Part shown: one piece after another, positions 48,670 to 57,765 of the stretch
How the letters are laid out: each line of letters begins with the position of its first letter
Position numbering within the stretch: position 1 is the stretch's first letter
Assembly (NCBI GenBank): GCA_963803435.1
Contig: CAWDML010000006.1
Span: forward strand, 228,044-292,043
Source of the DNA: an uncultured delta proteobacterium
Lineage (GTDB): Bacteria; Myxococcota; Kuafuiibacteriia; Kuafuiibacteriales; Kuafuiibacteriaceae
Length of the DNA: 64,000 nucleotides
Direction: 5' to 3'
The notes under the pieces: generated by a model
What the model was told of the DNA's origin: nothing
Database searches by the model: none
The model's input: only the letters and a program-made list of their open reading frames with translations
Made by a program: the position numbers and the translations under genes

Positions 48670-49842
48670 CTAGAACGCCGCCCGGTACAACCGGCGCGCC
48701 GCCTCTTCGGTCAGCATCACCGGGTTGGCCGGCGCGCAGGCATCCGTGATCGCCTGCGGGACCATGCGCTCGATCATCTCCTCGCTCACGCCGCACGCCG
48801 AGAGCGTGCTGGGGAGGCCGATCGCGTCCCGGAGCGCCACGATCGTCTGCAGGCACGCTTCCGCCTGGGCGTCGACGCCGTCGACCTCCACGCCGAGGGC
48901 CTTGGCCGCAAAGGCGTAGAGCTTGCGGGTGGCCTCGTCCTGGAGGTTGAAGCGGATGACGTGGGGAAGCATCAGCGCGTTGGCGAGGCCGTGGTGGAGG
49001 TCGGCGACGCTCGAGAGCGGGTGCGCGAGGGCGTGGCAGGCGCCGAGGCCCTTCTGGAACGCGATCGCACCGGCGGAGGCGGCGACCATCATCTCCTGGC
49101 GGGCGCGCAGGTTGTGGCCGTCGCGGACGGCGGTGAGGAGGTGGGCCCCGATGCGGGCGAGACCGGCCATCGCGAACATGTCCGCGAACGGGTGGGTGCC
49201 CTTGCAGACGTAGGCCTCGAGGCAGTGCGTGAGCGCATCCATGCCGGTGGCGGCGGTGATGTGCGGCGGAAGATCGACGGTCAGACCCGGGTCGCAGATG
49301 GCGACGTTCGGCATCATGTGCGGGCTGAAGATGACGACCTTGCGGTGATCATCGCCGAGGACGATCACGCTCGAGCGGCCGACCTCGCTGCCCGTGCCGG
49401 CCGTCGTGGGGATGGCGAGCATCGGCGGTTGGTTGCCGTGGATGCGCTCCGAGCCGTTCTTGGTGTCGTCGTACTCGGTCAGGGGCAGCTCGTGCGTGGT
49501 CTTGAGCCGGATGGCCTTGGCCACGTCCATCGGAGCGCCGCCGCCCAGGCCGATGATCAGGTGGGCCTCGACGCGTCGATAGGTCTCGACGCCGTCGAGT
49601 ACGTCCTGCTCCTTCGGGTTCTTCGAGACGCCCAGGTACGGCGCGCTCGACAGGCCGGCGTCGGTGAGGACGCTCTGGACGCGGTCGAGGAGGCCGGCGT
49701 CGGCGACACCGCGGTCCGCGACGATGAGCGCCCGGCTGGCGTCGAGACGGGCCATCTCCTGCGGGATCCGCTCGATGGCGCCCGGACCCATCACCATCCG
49801 GGTGGGAAAGCTCATCTCGACGATGGGGAGGTCGTTCGACAT
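48670..49842 (-). CDS. Iron-containing alcohol dehydrogenase
   Basis: GLGGGAPMDVAK, IPTTAGTGSE, TGMDALTHCLEAY, HALAH, HHGLAN. Confidence 0.93.
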   Translation of the reverse strand: MSNDLPIVEMSFPTRMVMGPGAIERIPQEMARLDASRALIVADRGVADAGLLDRVQSVLTDAGLSSAPYLGVSKNPKEQDVLDGVETYRRVEAHLIIGLGGGAPMDVAKAIRLKTTHELPLTEYDDTKNGSERIHGNQPPMLAIPTTAGTGSEVGRSSVIVLGDDHRKVVIFSPHMMPNVAICDPGLTVDLPPHITAATGMDALTHCLEAYVCKGTHPFADMFAMAGLARIGAHLLTAVRDGHNLRARQEMMVAASAGAIAFQKGLGACHALAHPLSSVADLHHGLANALMLPHVIRFNLQDEATRKLYAFAAKALGVEVDGVDAQAEACLQTIVALRDAIGLPSTLSACGVSEEMIERMVPQAITDACAPANPVMLTEEAARRLYRAAF

Positions 49843-49883
49843 GCGGGCTCGCTACATCGAAAACGAGCCGCCCGTAAAGGGCA

Positions 49884-52800
49884 TCAACGACGGCGCCGGA
49901 ACAGCAGCAGTCCGAGCAACAGGAGCGCGAAGGGGGTGCCGCTGGAGGTGCGCGTGTGCGTGGTGCAACCGCACCCGCCGCCGATCATCCGGCCCTCGCC
50001 GGTGCCCATCGTCTGCCCCGGCTTCATCGGCTGCTCGGGCATCTGGGATCCCGGGTCCGGCATGACGGTGATGGCGACGTCGTCGAGCGCGATCCCTCCG
50101 CGGCCGTCTTCGACCTGGACGCGGAACCGCAGCTCCAGCGGCGCGCTGACCACCGGCGCGGTGAAGCGCGCGACCGAGGTCCCGGGGTCGTCGAGCTGGA
50201 GGGAGACGCCCGCGGTCTGGGCCCAGGAGAAGGTGAGCCGATCGCCGTCGGGATCGCTGGAGGCGGACGCGTCGAGCGCGACGATGGACCCCGACGTCAC
50301 CGATTGGTCCCCGTTGGTCACGGCCACCGGCGGCTCGTTGGGCTTCATCCCGGGATCGTCGCCGAGGATGGTGATGAGGACATCGTCGCTGCTCGATCCT
50401 CCGCGGCCGTCGTCGACCGTCAGGCGGAAGATCATCGTCTGCGTGTCGGGCGAGCTGGGCGCGACGAAGCTCGCGGTGGGTTGGTCCACCCCGGTGAGCG
50501 TCACGGAAGGCCCGGTCACCTGCGTCCAGGCGTAGGTGAGCGCATCGCCGTCGGGATCGAGGCTCTGGGAACCGTCGAGGGCCACCGTGTCGCCGCCGCC
50601 GACCTCCTGGTCCTTCCCCGCGTTGGCCACCGGCGGCACATTCACGGGCGGCGCGACCCGGCCGTCGAAGTCGATCTCCAGCATGGCGTCGAGCACGCGG
50701 CCGGTGCTCCCGGCGGCCGTGTCGATCACGCGCACGACCCAGGTCCCAGTGGCCGGCTTGCCGTACATCGCGGTCACGTCGTCCACGTAGCTGCGGGTAT
50801 CCGGAAACACCGCGTAGATGTCGCGGCGGGTCGACTGATCCTCTTCCTCGAGCACCGCCGTGGTGCCGTCCGGGTGCACCATCTCGATGCGAATATCTCC
50901 GCGCGCCTCGTGGCTCAGCTCGAGCGAGAAGCGCAGCGACTTCGCGTTGCGTAGGTCGGTCACCTCGAACGAGAGCGGGAGACCGGAGGCGTCACCGTCG
51001 GGGACCAGCAGCCCACCGGACGGGATCGTCGCGCTGTAGCGTTCGACCGGCCGATCGACCGCGTGACTGGTGGCGAGGACGAAGCCCTGCACGTCGAGGT
51101 CCGGATCGGTCACCGAGGTGCCTCGCACGCGCACGGTCCAGACCCCGGCCTGCGGGGCGTCGACAACCACCTGCTCGACCGTGTCGACGTCATTCGGTCG
51201 ATCCCGCGCCGCGTCCGCGAAGGGATTGGCGGGGTCGAGGGTCCAGGGGTACTCGGTCTCGCCGTTCGGTGCGAGGAGCTCGAGATCGAGGTCGTTGATC
51301 AGGCGGCGCTGCGCCGTGCCCGCGGCAAACGCGTCCAGCCACGTGAGCGTCACCTTCAGCGAGGGCGCTCCGGCGGGGACGTCCATCGGGTACTCGACGG
51401 TCTCGCCGTCGCGGGCGGCGCCGCGGATCAGACGGCGACCGGGATCGGCGGCATCCGCCAGGATGAAGTCGGCGGCGGCCTTGGCGTCCGCGTTGCCCCA
51501 TCCGAAGCGATAGTCGGGGCCGACGTGGAAGACGTCGGTCACGTTGTGGATCATGATCGCGCTCAGCAGATCCGGCGCCCAGCGGTGGTGGTTCTCGCGC
51601 TGATAGAGCTGCGCCAGGAGCGTCACCATTCCCGTGACCGAGGGCGTGGCCATCGAGGTGCCGCTGAGATTGCCGTAGCCCCCACCCGGCAGCGTCGAGT
51701 TGAGGTTCACCCCGTTGGCGCAGAAGTCCGGCTTGATGCGGCCGTCGTCGGTGGGACCTCGGCTCGAGAAGCTGGCCAGATCGCCGTCGTCGTCGGTGGC
51801 GCAGATGATGAGGATGTTCTTCCCCGTGGAGTCGGTCGAGAGTGAGTCGAAGCCGTAGTTATTGTCGACGACCTGGCTCTGCTGGCCCTCGTTTCCCGCC
51901 GCCTTGAGCGCGACCAGGAAGAGATCGCGCGAGTCCAGATCGAACTCCCGCGCTACATCGTCGTACGTCCCGAAGTTCGTCGAGCTTGACCCCCACGAAT
52001 GGTTGTCATGCCAATGGTAGTACTGGTGCTTGGCCTCGCGCCGCTCGGCGTTCGGATCGCCGTAGAAGTCATACGCGATCATCGTCGCGCCGATCGCGTA
52101 GCCGCGCGCGCTGGGATCGCCGAGACCAGCCCCCAGGATCGTCCCTGCGGTGTGGGTCGCGTGGTCGATGACGTCGCCGTTCTCGATGTTCGTGACGCGA
52201 CCCTGGAAATCGGGATGCGTGGCGGAGACCGCGCCGCCGTCCCAGTGTCCGACCAGGATACCGGTGCCGTCGAGGTTGTACGGCGCGGCGATGATCGCGT
52301 CGGCGTTGGAGAGCGCGCGCGAGGCGGCGTTGAGCTCGACCTTCGGGTAGACGAAACCGATCGCCGCCACCAACGGCGAAGCCGCCAGCCGATCGAGCGT
52401 CGCGCCGGTGGAGCGCGCGCGCGCGAGCTTCACCAGCGCCTCTTCTCGGACGGGCGCGTCGCCGCCCCGCGGCAAGCGGAGTGATTCACCCGCCTCGGGG
52501 ATCAGCGCGAGGAGCTCGGCGCGCGTCGTGTACGGAGCAAACGCGACCCACAGCGGGTGGGGCAGCGCCCGGTTTCCGAAGGTGCCGAGGTAGGGGACCA
52601 CCTCGCTCTCGAGGCGATCGATCGGCTCAGCGAACGCGGTGCCGACCACGTTCTCGTCCGACCCCAAGAGCGCGCGCTGATTGGAGCCCGCGCGCTCCCG
52701 ACGAAACAGGTACGCCTTTTCGGCGACGACCCCGAGGTAGCGCAGCCCGGCGGCAGAGGCCGTCCGGATCTCCGGCCGCGTCAGCGCGCGGCGCGTGAAG

Positions 52801-52964
52801 ACGTAGAAGGCCTCGTGGGCGTTGGGTAGCGGCGAAGCGTGGTCTGCGACCACATCGCGCGCTGCAAATCGAACGCCCTCCTTCGGTTGCACCCAGCCCG
52901 GGCGCGCCGCTCCTGCCGACGCAAACGAGAGGAGCAAGGTGGCCACGGACGCCAAAACGCGCAC
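49884..52964 (-). CDS. S8 (subtilisin-like) peptidase with P-domain, two PKD/Ig-like repeats and MYXO-CTERM-type tail
   Basis: WDGG, HATHTAGT, AAGNEG, GTSMATP; PPVANAG...LDGSQSLDPDGD repeats; GGGCGC...LLLLGLLLFRRRR. Confidence 0.92.
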   Translation of the reverse strand: MRVLASVATLLLSFASAGAARPGWVQPKEGVRFAARDVVADHASPLPNAHEAFYVFTRRALTRPEIRTASAAGLRYLGVVAEKAYLFRRERAGSNQRALLGSDENVVGTAFAEPIDRLESEVVPYLGTFGNRALPHPLWVAFAPYTTRAELLALIPEAGESLRLPRGGDAPVREEALVKLARARSTGATLDRLAASPLVAAIGFVYPKVELNAASRALSNADAIIAAPYNLDGTGILVGHWDGGAVSATHPDFQGRVTNIENGDVIDHATHTAGTILGAGLGDPSARGYAIGATMIAYDFYGDPNAERREAKHQYYHWHDNHSWGSSSTNFGTYDDVAREFDLDSRDLFLVALKAAGNEGQQSQVVDNNYGFDSLSTDSTGKNILIICATDDDGDLASFSSRGPTDDGRIKPDFCANGVNLNSTLPGGGYGNLSGTSMATPSVTGMVTLLAQLYQRENHHRWAPDLLSAIMIHNVTDVFHVGPDYRFGWGNADAKAAADFILADAADPGRRLIRGAARDGETVEYPMDVPAGAPSLKVTLTWLDAFAAGTAQRRLINDLDLELLAPNGETEYPWTLDPANPFADAARDRPNDVDTVEQVVVDAPQAGVWTVRVRGTSVTDPDLDVQGFVLATSHAVDRPVERYSATIPSGGLLVPDGDASGLPLSFEVTDLRNAKSLRFSLELSHEARGDIRIEMVHPDGTTAVLEEEDQSTRRDIYAVFPDTRSYVDDVTAMYGKPATGTWVVRVIDTAAGSTGRVLDAMLEIDFDGRVAPPVNVPPVANAGKDQEVGGGDTVALDGSQSLDPDGDALTYAWTQVTGPSVTLTGVDQPTASFVAPSSPDTQTMIFRLTVDDGRGGSSSDDVLITILGDDPGMKPNEPPVAVTNGDQSVTSGSIVALDASASSDPDGDRLTFSWAQTAGVSLQLDDPGTSVARFTAPVVSAPLELRFRVQVEDGRGGIALDDVAITVMPDPGSQMPEQPMKPGQTMGTGEGRMIGGGCGCTTHTRTSSGTPFALLLLGLLLFRRRR

Positions 52965-53086
52965 CCCTTAGGTGTACCAGACGTCCCCGACCATCGTGAC
53001 TCGGTCGCGTATCCGTCGGTCTCGACTCCAAGGCGAGTGTGGTCACTACGCGGATGTGCTACCTTCAGGATCAGAGGAACGACAGA

Positions 53087-53797
53087 ATTAGACGTCAACA
53101 TTACGGCCGCGTGAGGGCCGAGGGTCGCATTCGCCGGAACCATGAAATCCGGGTCCCCACAGTTCGATTGATCGATCAACTGGGTGAGCAGGTCGGCGTA
53201 ATCGACAAAAAGGAAGCACTGCGCTTGGCCGAGACCGCAGGTCTCGACCTCGTCGAGATCAAGCCGGAGGTCGATCCGCCGGTGTGCAAGATCATGGACT
53301 TCGGCCGCTACAAGTACGAGCTGTCGAAGAAGAAGAGCGCCGCCACCAAGGCGGGCAAGTCGAGCGAGCCGAAAGACATCCGGCTCGGACGCGGCGCCAG
53401 CATCGGCTCCGCAGATCTCGAGCGCCGCATCCTGCAGGCGCGCGAGTTCTTGATGGATGGACATCCCGTCAACTTCATCCAGCGCTTCCGCGGTCGAGAG
53501 ATGGCGCACCCCGAGATCGGCCGCACGCGGCTCGAGCGCGTGAGGAAGGAGCTCGAGGACATTTCGAAGCTTCAAAACGATCCCACGATGAACGGGCGCC
53601 AGATGAACATGATGCTGGTGCCGGACAAGGTGAGGATCGAGGCCATCAAGCAGCGAGCGGCCGCCAAGGCGGACGTCATCCCGCGAAGCCCGGACAGCGA
53701 GAAGGGGACGGCGGGGAGGACGGACGTCATCCCGCGAAGCCAGGACGGCGAGGGCGCGGGGGAGGCCTCCACGCTGAAGCCCGACGCGTCGTCGTGA
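53087..53797 (+). CDS. infC: Translation initiation factor IF-3 (probable ATT start)
   Basis: NHEIRVPTVRLID, GLDLVEI, PPVCKIMDFGRYKYE, RFRGREMAH; in-frame ATT at 53087 after GAGG. Confidence 0.92.
   Translation: MRRQHYGRVRAEGRIRRNHEIRVPTVRLIDQLGEQVGVIDKKEALRLAETAGLDLVEIKPEVDPPVCKIMDFGRYKYELSKKKSAATKAGKSSEPKDIRLGRGASIGSADLERRILQAREFLMDGHPVNFIQRFRGREMAHPEIGRTRLERVRKELEDISKLQNDPTMNGRQMNMMLVPDKVRIEAIKQRAAAKADVIPRSPDSEKGTAGRTDVIPRSQDGEGAGEASTLKPDASS
53671..53769 (+). repeat. Two tandem REP-like units (51 bp period) inside the infC 3' end
   Basis: GGACGTCATCCCGCGAAGCC at 53671 and 53722, encoding DVIPRS twice. Confidence 0.75.
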
Positions 53798-53827
53798 AGT
53801 CCTGGCCGTGATCGGCCACGCGGAGTC

Positions 53828-54358
53828 TCAGAACGGGATATCGCTGTCATCGAGGGGCGGGGGCTCGTCGCTCCCGCCACCGGTGTCACCGCCGCCGCCG
53901 CCACCACCGCGATCGTAACCGCCGCCGCCGCCGCCGCCGCCGCCGCGGTCATAGCCGCCGCCGCGCGAGTAGCCGCCGCCGCCACCGCCCGCGCCGCGAT
54001 CGTAGCTGCTGCCGCCGTCCTCGCCGCGCGGTGAACCGAGGAACTGGACCCGCTCGGCGACGATCTCCGTCGTGTACCGCTTCACGCCCTCCTTGTCGTC
54101 CCACTCCCGCGTCTGAATTCGGCCCTCGACGTACACCGGGCGGCCCTTCTTGAGGTAGTTGACGCACGCCTCGGCCTGCCGTCCCCAAACCACGATGCGA
54201 TGCCACTCCGTCCGCTCCTGCTTCTGGCCGCTCTTGTCGTTCCAGACATCCGTCGTCGCCATACGGAAGTTGCAGACCGACTGATTGTTCTGTGTATAGC
54301 GCATCTCGGGATCCGCCCCGAGATTTCCGATCAACATCACCTTGTTCAAGCTCGCCAT
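53828..54358 (-). CDS. ssb: Single-stranded DNA-binding protein
   Basis: [37 protein letters not shown], Gly-rich linker, DIPF tail. Confidence 0.97.
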   Translation of the reverse strand: MASLNKVMLIGNLGADPEMRYTQNNQSVCNFRMATTDVWNDKSGQKQERTEWHRIVVWGRQAEACVNYLKKGRPVYVEGRIQTREWDDKEGVKRYTTEIVAERVQFLGSPRGEDGGSSYDRGAGGGGGGYSRGGGYDRGGGGGGGGGYDRGGGGGGGDTGGGSDEPPPLDDSDIPF

Positions 54359-54511
54359 CGTGGCACTCCTTCGCGCGCTGTTGTCGTGGAAGTCAGCGGT
54401 CGAGTCAACGTAAGCTTTCGCGCAAACCAGTCCGGTCGGCTCCGATGAACGCACGCTCCGATTCGAGCGACAGGACCGGCACTTGCCTTGGGTTCTCGAC
54501 GTGAAGCGAAT

Positions 54512-55045
54512 TCAATGGGGCGGCTCGACGTCGCCCTCCTTGCGGATGACGTTGCCCTCGGGATCGGTCACCTCGATCGCCGTATCCCCCATCTTCTCGG
54601 GCGGGACTTCGACGCCCCGCACCGCCTCCGGGTTCCGCGGCACGGCGTCCGACTCGAGCGGACGGATCGAGTTGTCCTCCGTCTCGAGGATCCAGTTGTC
54701 GTTGACGAGGTGCCAGTGCTGCACCAGCGTGCGGCGCTCCAGGTTGATCGACGGCAGCATCATGTATCTCACGCGGACCGTGACGGTCGCCGCCGCCTCG
54801 CCCTCGATGTCGACCTTGATGACCTGGTACGACTCGACGTGGATCGAGTCGTCGTCCTCTTCATACGCGGCGATGAACGCGGCGCGGAGATCGTTGGGGA
54901 GGTAGACGGCGGCGCGCTCGAAGTTCTTCCAGCGGTAGGCGGAGTTGTAGCCGTCGACCGCCGCCTGGAGCTCCTCCATCATCGTCTGCCCGCTGGTGGC
55001 GCAGCCCGACGCCAGGAGCGCGATCGCGACCCACGGCAGCCTCAT
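54512..55045 (-). CDS. Hypothetical lipoprotein
   Basis: Lipobox LASGC; translationally coupled. Confidence 0.65.
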   Translation of the reverse strand: MRLPWVAIALLASGCATSGQTMMEELQAAVDGYNSAYRWKNFERAAVYLPNDLRAAFIAAYEEDDDSIHVESYQVIKVDIEGEAAATVTVRVRYMMLPSINLERRTLVQHWHLVNDNWILETEDNSIRPLESDAVPRNPEAVRGVEVPPEKMGDTAIEVTDPEGNVIRKEGDVEPPH

Positions 55046-55401
55046 GCCCCTTCGCCCTCGGCGCCGGCACCCACGAACCGGTCGTCCTTGTCCCGGAACA
55101 GCACGTTGAAGGTGGTGAGGCTGCCGTAGACCTTCGTGATGTATTGCTGCAGCTCCACCTTGTCGGCGTCCGGTATGCTCGAGCTGTTGAGCTTCTGCTC
55201 GAGCACGCGCAGCCGATCACGCGCCATCACGATCTTGTGGAAGAAGGCGTCCAGCGGGATCTCCTTCGACTGAAGGTTGACGTCCTTCGGCTGGATCACC
55301 AGCGTCCCTCCCTTGAACCGCTCGGCGATCGCCGTGTAGCCGAAGGCCGCCTCCTCTTCGAGCACTTCCTTGAGGACGCGCTTGAGCTCCTGTCGATCCA
55401 C
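55042..55401 (-). CDS. Conserved-looking hypothetical protein
   Basis: [24 protein letters not shown]...[19 protein letters not shown]; typical codon bias. Confidence 0.7.
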   Translation of the reverse strand: MDRQELKRVLKEVLEEEAAFGYTAIAERFKGGTLVIQPKDVNLQSKEIPLDAFFHKIVMARDRLRVLEQKLNSSSIPDADKVELQQYITKVYGSLTTFNVLFRDKDDRFVGAGAEGEGA

Positions 55402-55434
55402 CGGCGCGACTATCTCCGGCTACCGCGAGGGAGG

Positions 55435-55830
55435 TCAACGTCCGACGGCGATCAGGTAGACCCAGTTGGCCGCGACCGCTGCGATGGCCAGCCGGCGCAG
55501 CACCCGGCGCAGGACGGGAGGAACCTCAGGCCGCCAGGGCTTGCGCGTGAAGAGGACGCGGACGGAGTGCAGCAGGTAGAGGGATCCGGCGACGGCGCCG
55601 AGCGCGACCAGCGGGTTCATCGCGAACGCCCGTCCAAAGTCGAGACGGACGAACGCCATCACTGCCCGCGTCCCTCCGCAGGCGAGGCACGGCAGCGAGG
55701 TCAGCGTGTGGAACGGACACCTCAGGAAGCTGATCTCATCGAACGGAAAGAAGCGACCGGCCAGGAACGCCGCTGCGATCAGCGGCGCCCAGATGGCCTC
55801 GTGCACGACGCGATGGTCCGGCGCGCTCAA
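55435..55830 (-). CDS. DUF2752-like membrane protein
   Basis: CPFHTLTSLPCLACGGTRA...AFAMNPL; TTG start overlaps the upstream TGA. Confidence 0.75.
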   Translation of the reverse strand: MSAPDHRVVHEAIWAPLIAAAFLAGRFFPFDEISFLRCPFHTLTSLPCLACGGTRAVMAFVRLDFGRAFAMNPLVALGAVAGSLYLLHSVRVLFTRKPWRPEVPPVLRRVLRRLAIAAVAANWVYLIAVGR

Positions 55831-56633
55831 AGTCCGTGGGTCGCAGACGCGATCGCGCCCGCCATGCTTCCGATGGTTGCGAGGACGCAGCAGCACGCCA
55901 CTGCCAGCGGAACGAGCGCCGCGGTCGCCGCCTTCCCGGTCGTGGTCCCGTGCAGCTCCCGCAGCCCGATGATCGCCGCGACGATCTCCCAGACCAGGGC
56001 CGCCAGCAGGCCGACCACCGGAACCACCTGGAGCAGAGCGGTCGAACCCTGGGCGAACGCGACCACGCGGAACGTCGCCTCGAACCCGGCGTTGGCGCCG
56101 CCGGCCATCATCAGGACCAGGTGGACGACCCCGGCCACCACGAACACGGAGATCACCACGCTCACCGGCACGGTGATGAAGCCGACCACGCTCGAGGTCG
56201 CGAGCGCGCCCAGCCCCTCGATCCCGTCCATGCCCGAGCTGCTGCCCATCACCTTCCCGATCACGCTCCCAGTGGCCAGCCCCCAGAGCTGACCGATGAT
56301 CCCGCCCGCCGTCCCCAGCACCAGAACGTAGATGAACGCCGGTCCGATCCCGGTGGTCCGAGACGCGCCCGCGAAGGTCGAGTTCGACTCGAGGAGCACG
56401 CCTTTGATCGTCTCGAAGAGCGACTGCGCCGACTGCGCGTTCTCCCACGGGATGCCGTCGGTGGTCTCGGACCGTCCATCCGCCGCGTTCGAGGTCGTGC
56501 GCGGCGCCGCCCACGGGCTCGGCCCGCTCGCCGGTTCACCCGTCTCGAACGGGTTCGCGGCCACGGTCCCACACGCTGGGCAGGCCGCGCCGTAGGTCCC
56601 GGTGAACTCGTGGCCGCAGGACTCGCACCGCAT
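55827..56633 (-). CDS. YIP1-family membrane protein with N-terminal zinc ribbon
   Basis: CESC...CPAC; IPWE; FEATFRVVAF; about five TM segments. Confidence 0.8.
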   Translation of the reverse strand: MRCESCGHEFTGTYGAACPACGTVAANPFETGEPASGPSPWAAPRTTSNAADGRSETTDGIPWENAQSAQSLFETIKGVLLESNSTFAGASRTTGIGPAFIYVLVLGTAGGIIGQLWGLATGSVIGKVMGSSSGMDGIEGLGALATSSVVGFITVPVSVVISVFVVAGVVHLVLMMAGGANAGFEATFRVVAFAQGSTALLQVVPVVGLLAALVWEIVAAIIGLRELHGTTTGKAATAALVPLAVACCCVLATIGSMAGAIASATHGL

Positions 56634-56647
56634 GTTCGCCGACGATA

Positions 56648-57763
56648 TCAGCCGGTCTTTCGGATCACCAGGTCGACGACGATGCTGTCCGATCCACCAC
56701 GGCCGTCCCTGAGGACACTCCACACGCGTACGCGCGTCTCCTCCTGCTCGAGGTCGTCGGCGGAGGGCGCGCGCCAACGTGTCTCGCGATCGCCGATCGT
56801 CGTGCTCTTTCCGTCACTGGTGATCCCGTCCGAGATCTCACCCACGTTGCTGAACCAGGACCAGGCCAGCGTCTCCGTGAAGTCGATCAGGGCGCATTTG
56901 TCGTCGATGACCCGATAATTCTCCTTGTCGCCGTCGGCGGCGCTGGGGAGGAAAAGGATCTGCTGATTCGGCCCCACCTCGATGGGCGGATCGCCCGGCG
57001 CCCACGCCACGGTCTCGGTGCCCGTCGGCGGCAGGTACTCGAGGGTGCGGTACGTCGGCGCGCGGTTCGGCGCGCGGGTCGCCAGGTACTCGAGGATCCT
57101 GCCGAAGGCCTCCTCGGAGACGTTGGTGCAGAGCGTGGGCAGCTGGACACCCGCCACCACCGGCAGCCCACCGGGTCCGAGGCGCCGCGCCTCGCGCAAC
57201 ACCAGCGCGACGATCGTGGGGTCGAACACGATCAGGCGCTTGGTCCCCTCGAGGCGCTGCGTGTCCACGTCGATCGCCGCGCTCGCCACCGTCGCCTGCG
57301 CGTTGAGGTAGAGGCGCAGGCCCGTGAACAGGTCGAGCGGATCACCCGCCAGGGCTGCGAACGCGTCACCAGACCCACTCGAGGACGCGAGCAGATCCCC
57401 GAGCAGGAGCTGGATCGGCCTCACGACCGTCGAGGTGCCGGTTCCGATCCGCTCCTTCTGCTCTCCGCTGCACGGCACGCGCTCGAAGCCGGCGTGGCTG
57501 TCGCCGCGGCAGCGGATCCAGTCGATGTCGAAGGTGGCGTCGAGATCGGGATGCGCCACCACCGCGCTGAGACGCACGGGCGCAAACCGCGGCGTCAGCG
57601 ACGCCAGATGATCGAGGTCTGCGTCGAGCGTGACCTCCTCGAACACACGGACCTCGGGCGGATCGACGCGCAGCTCCAGGATTCGCAGATCCTCGATCTT
57701 CGACTCGGAGGGGAACGTCACGCCGCATCCCGACAGGAGCAGCACCGCCCAGGCGCGACGCAT
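56648..57763 (-). CDS. Lipoprotein associated with the TonB-dependent receptor
   Basis: Lipobox LSGC; IEDLRILELRVDPPE; C-terminal WSVLRDGRGG. Confidence 0.75.
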   Translation of the reverse strand: MRRAWAVLLLSGCGVTFPSESKIEDLRILELRVDPPEVRVFEEVTLDADLDHLASLTPRFAPVRLSAVVAHPDLDATFDIDWIRCRGDSHAGFERVPCSGEQKERIGTGTSTVVRPIQLLLGDLLASSSGSGDAFAALAGDPLDLFTGLRLYLNAQATVASAAIDVDTQRLEGTKRLIVFDPTIVALVLREARRLGPGGLPVVAGVQLPTLCTNVSEEAFGRILEYLATRAPNRAPTYRTLEYLPPTGTETVAWAPGDPPIEVGPNQQILFLPSAADGDKENYRVIDDKCALIDFTETLAWSWFSNVGEISDGITSDGKSTTIGDRETRWRAPSADDLEQEETRVRVWSVLRDGRGGSDSIVVDLVIRKTG

Positions 57764-57765
57764 GA

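Noticed and set aside
53880-54015. GCC/GGC trinucleotide runs in ssb (and 47700-47780)
   Set aside because: Ordinary Gly-rich linkers.
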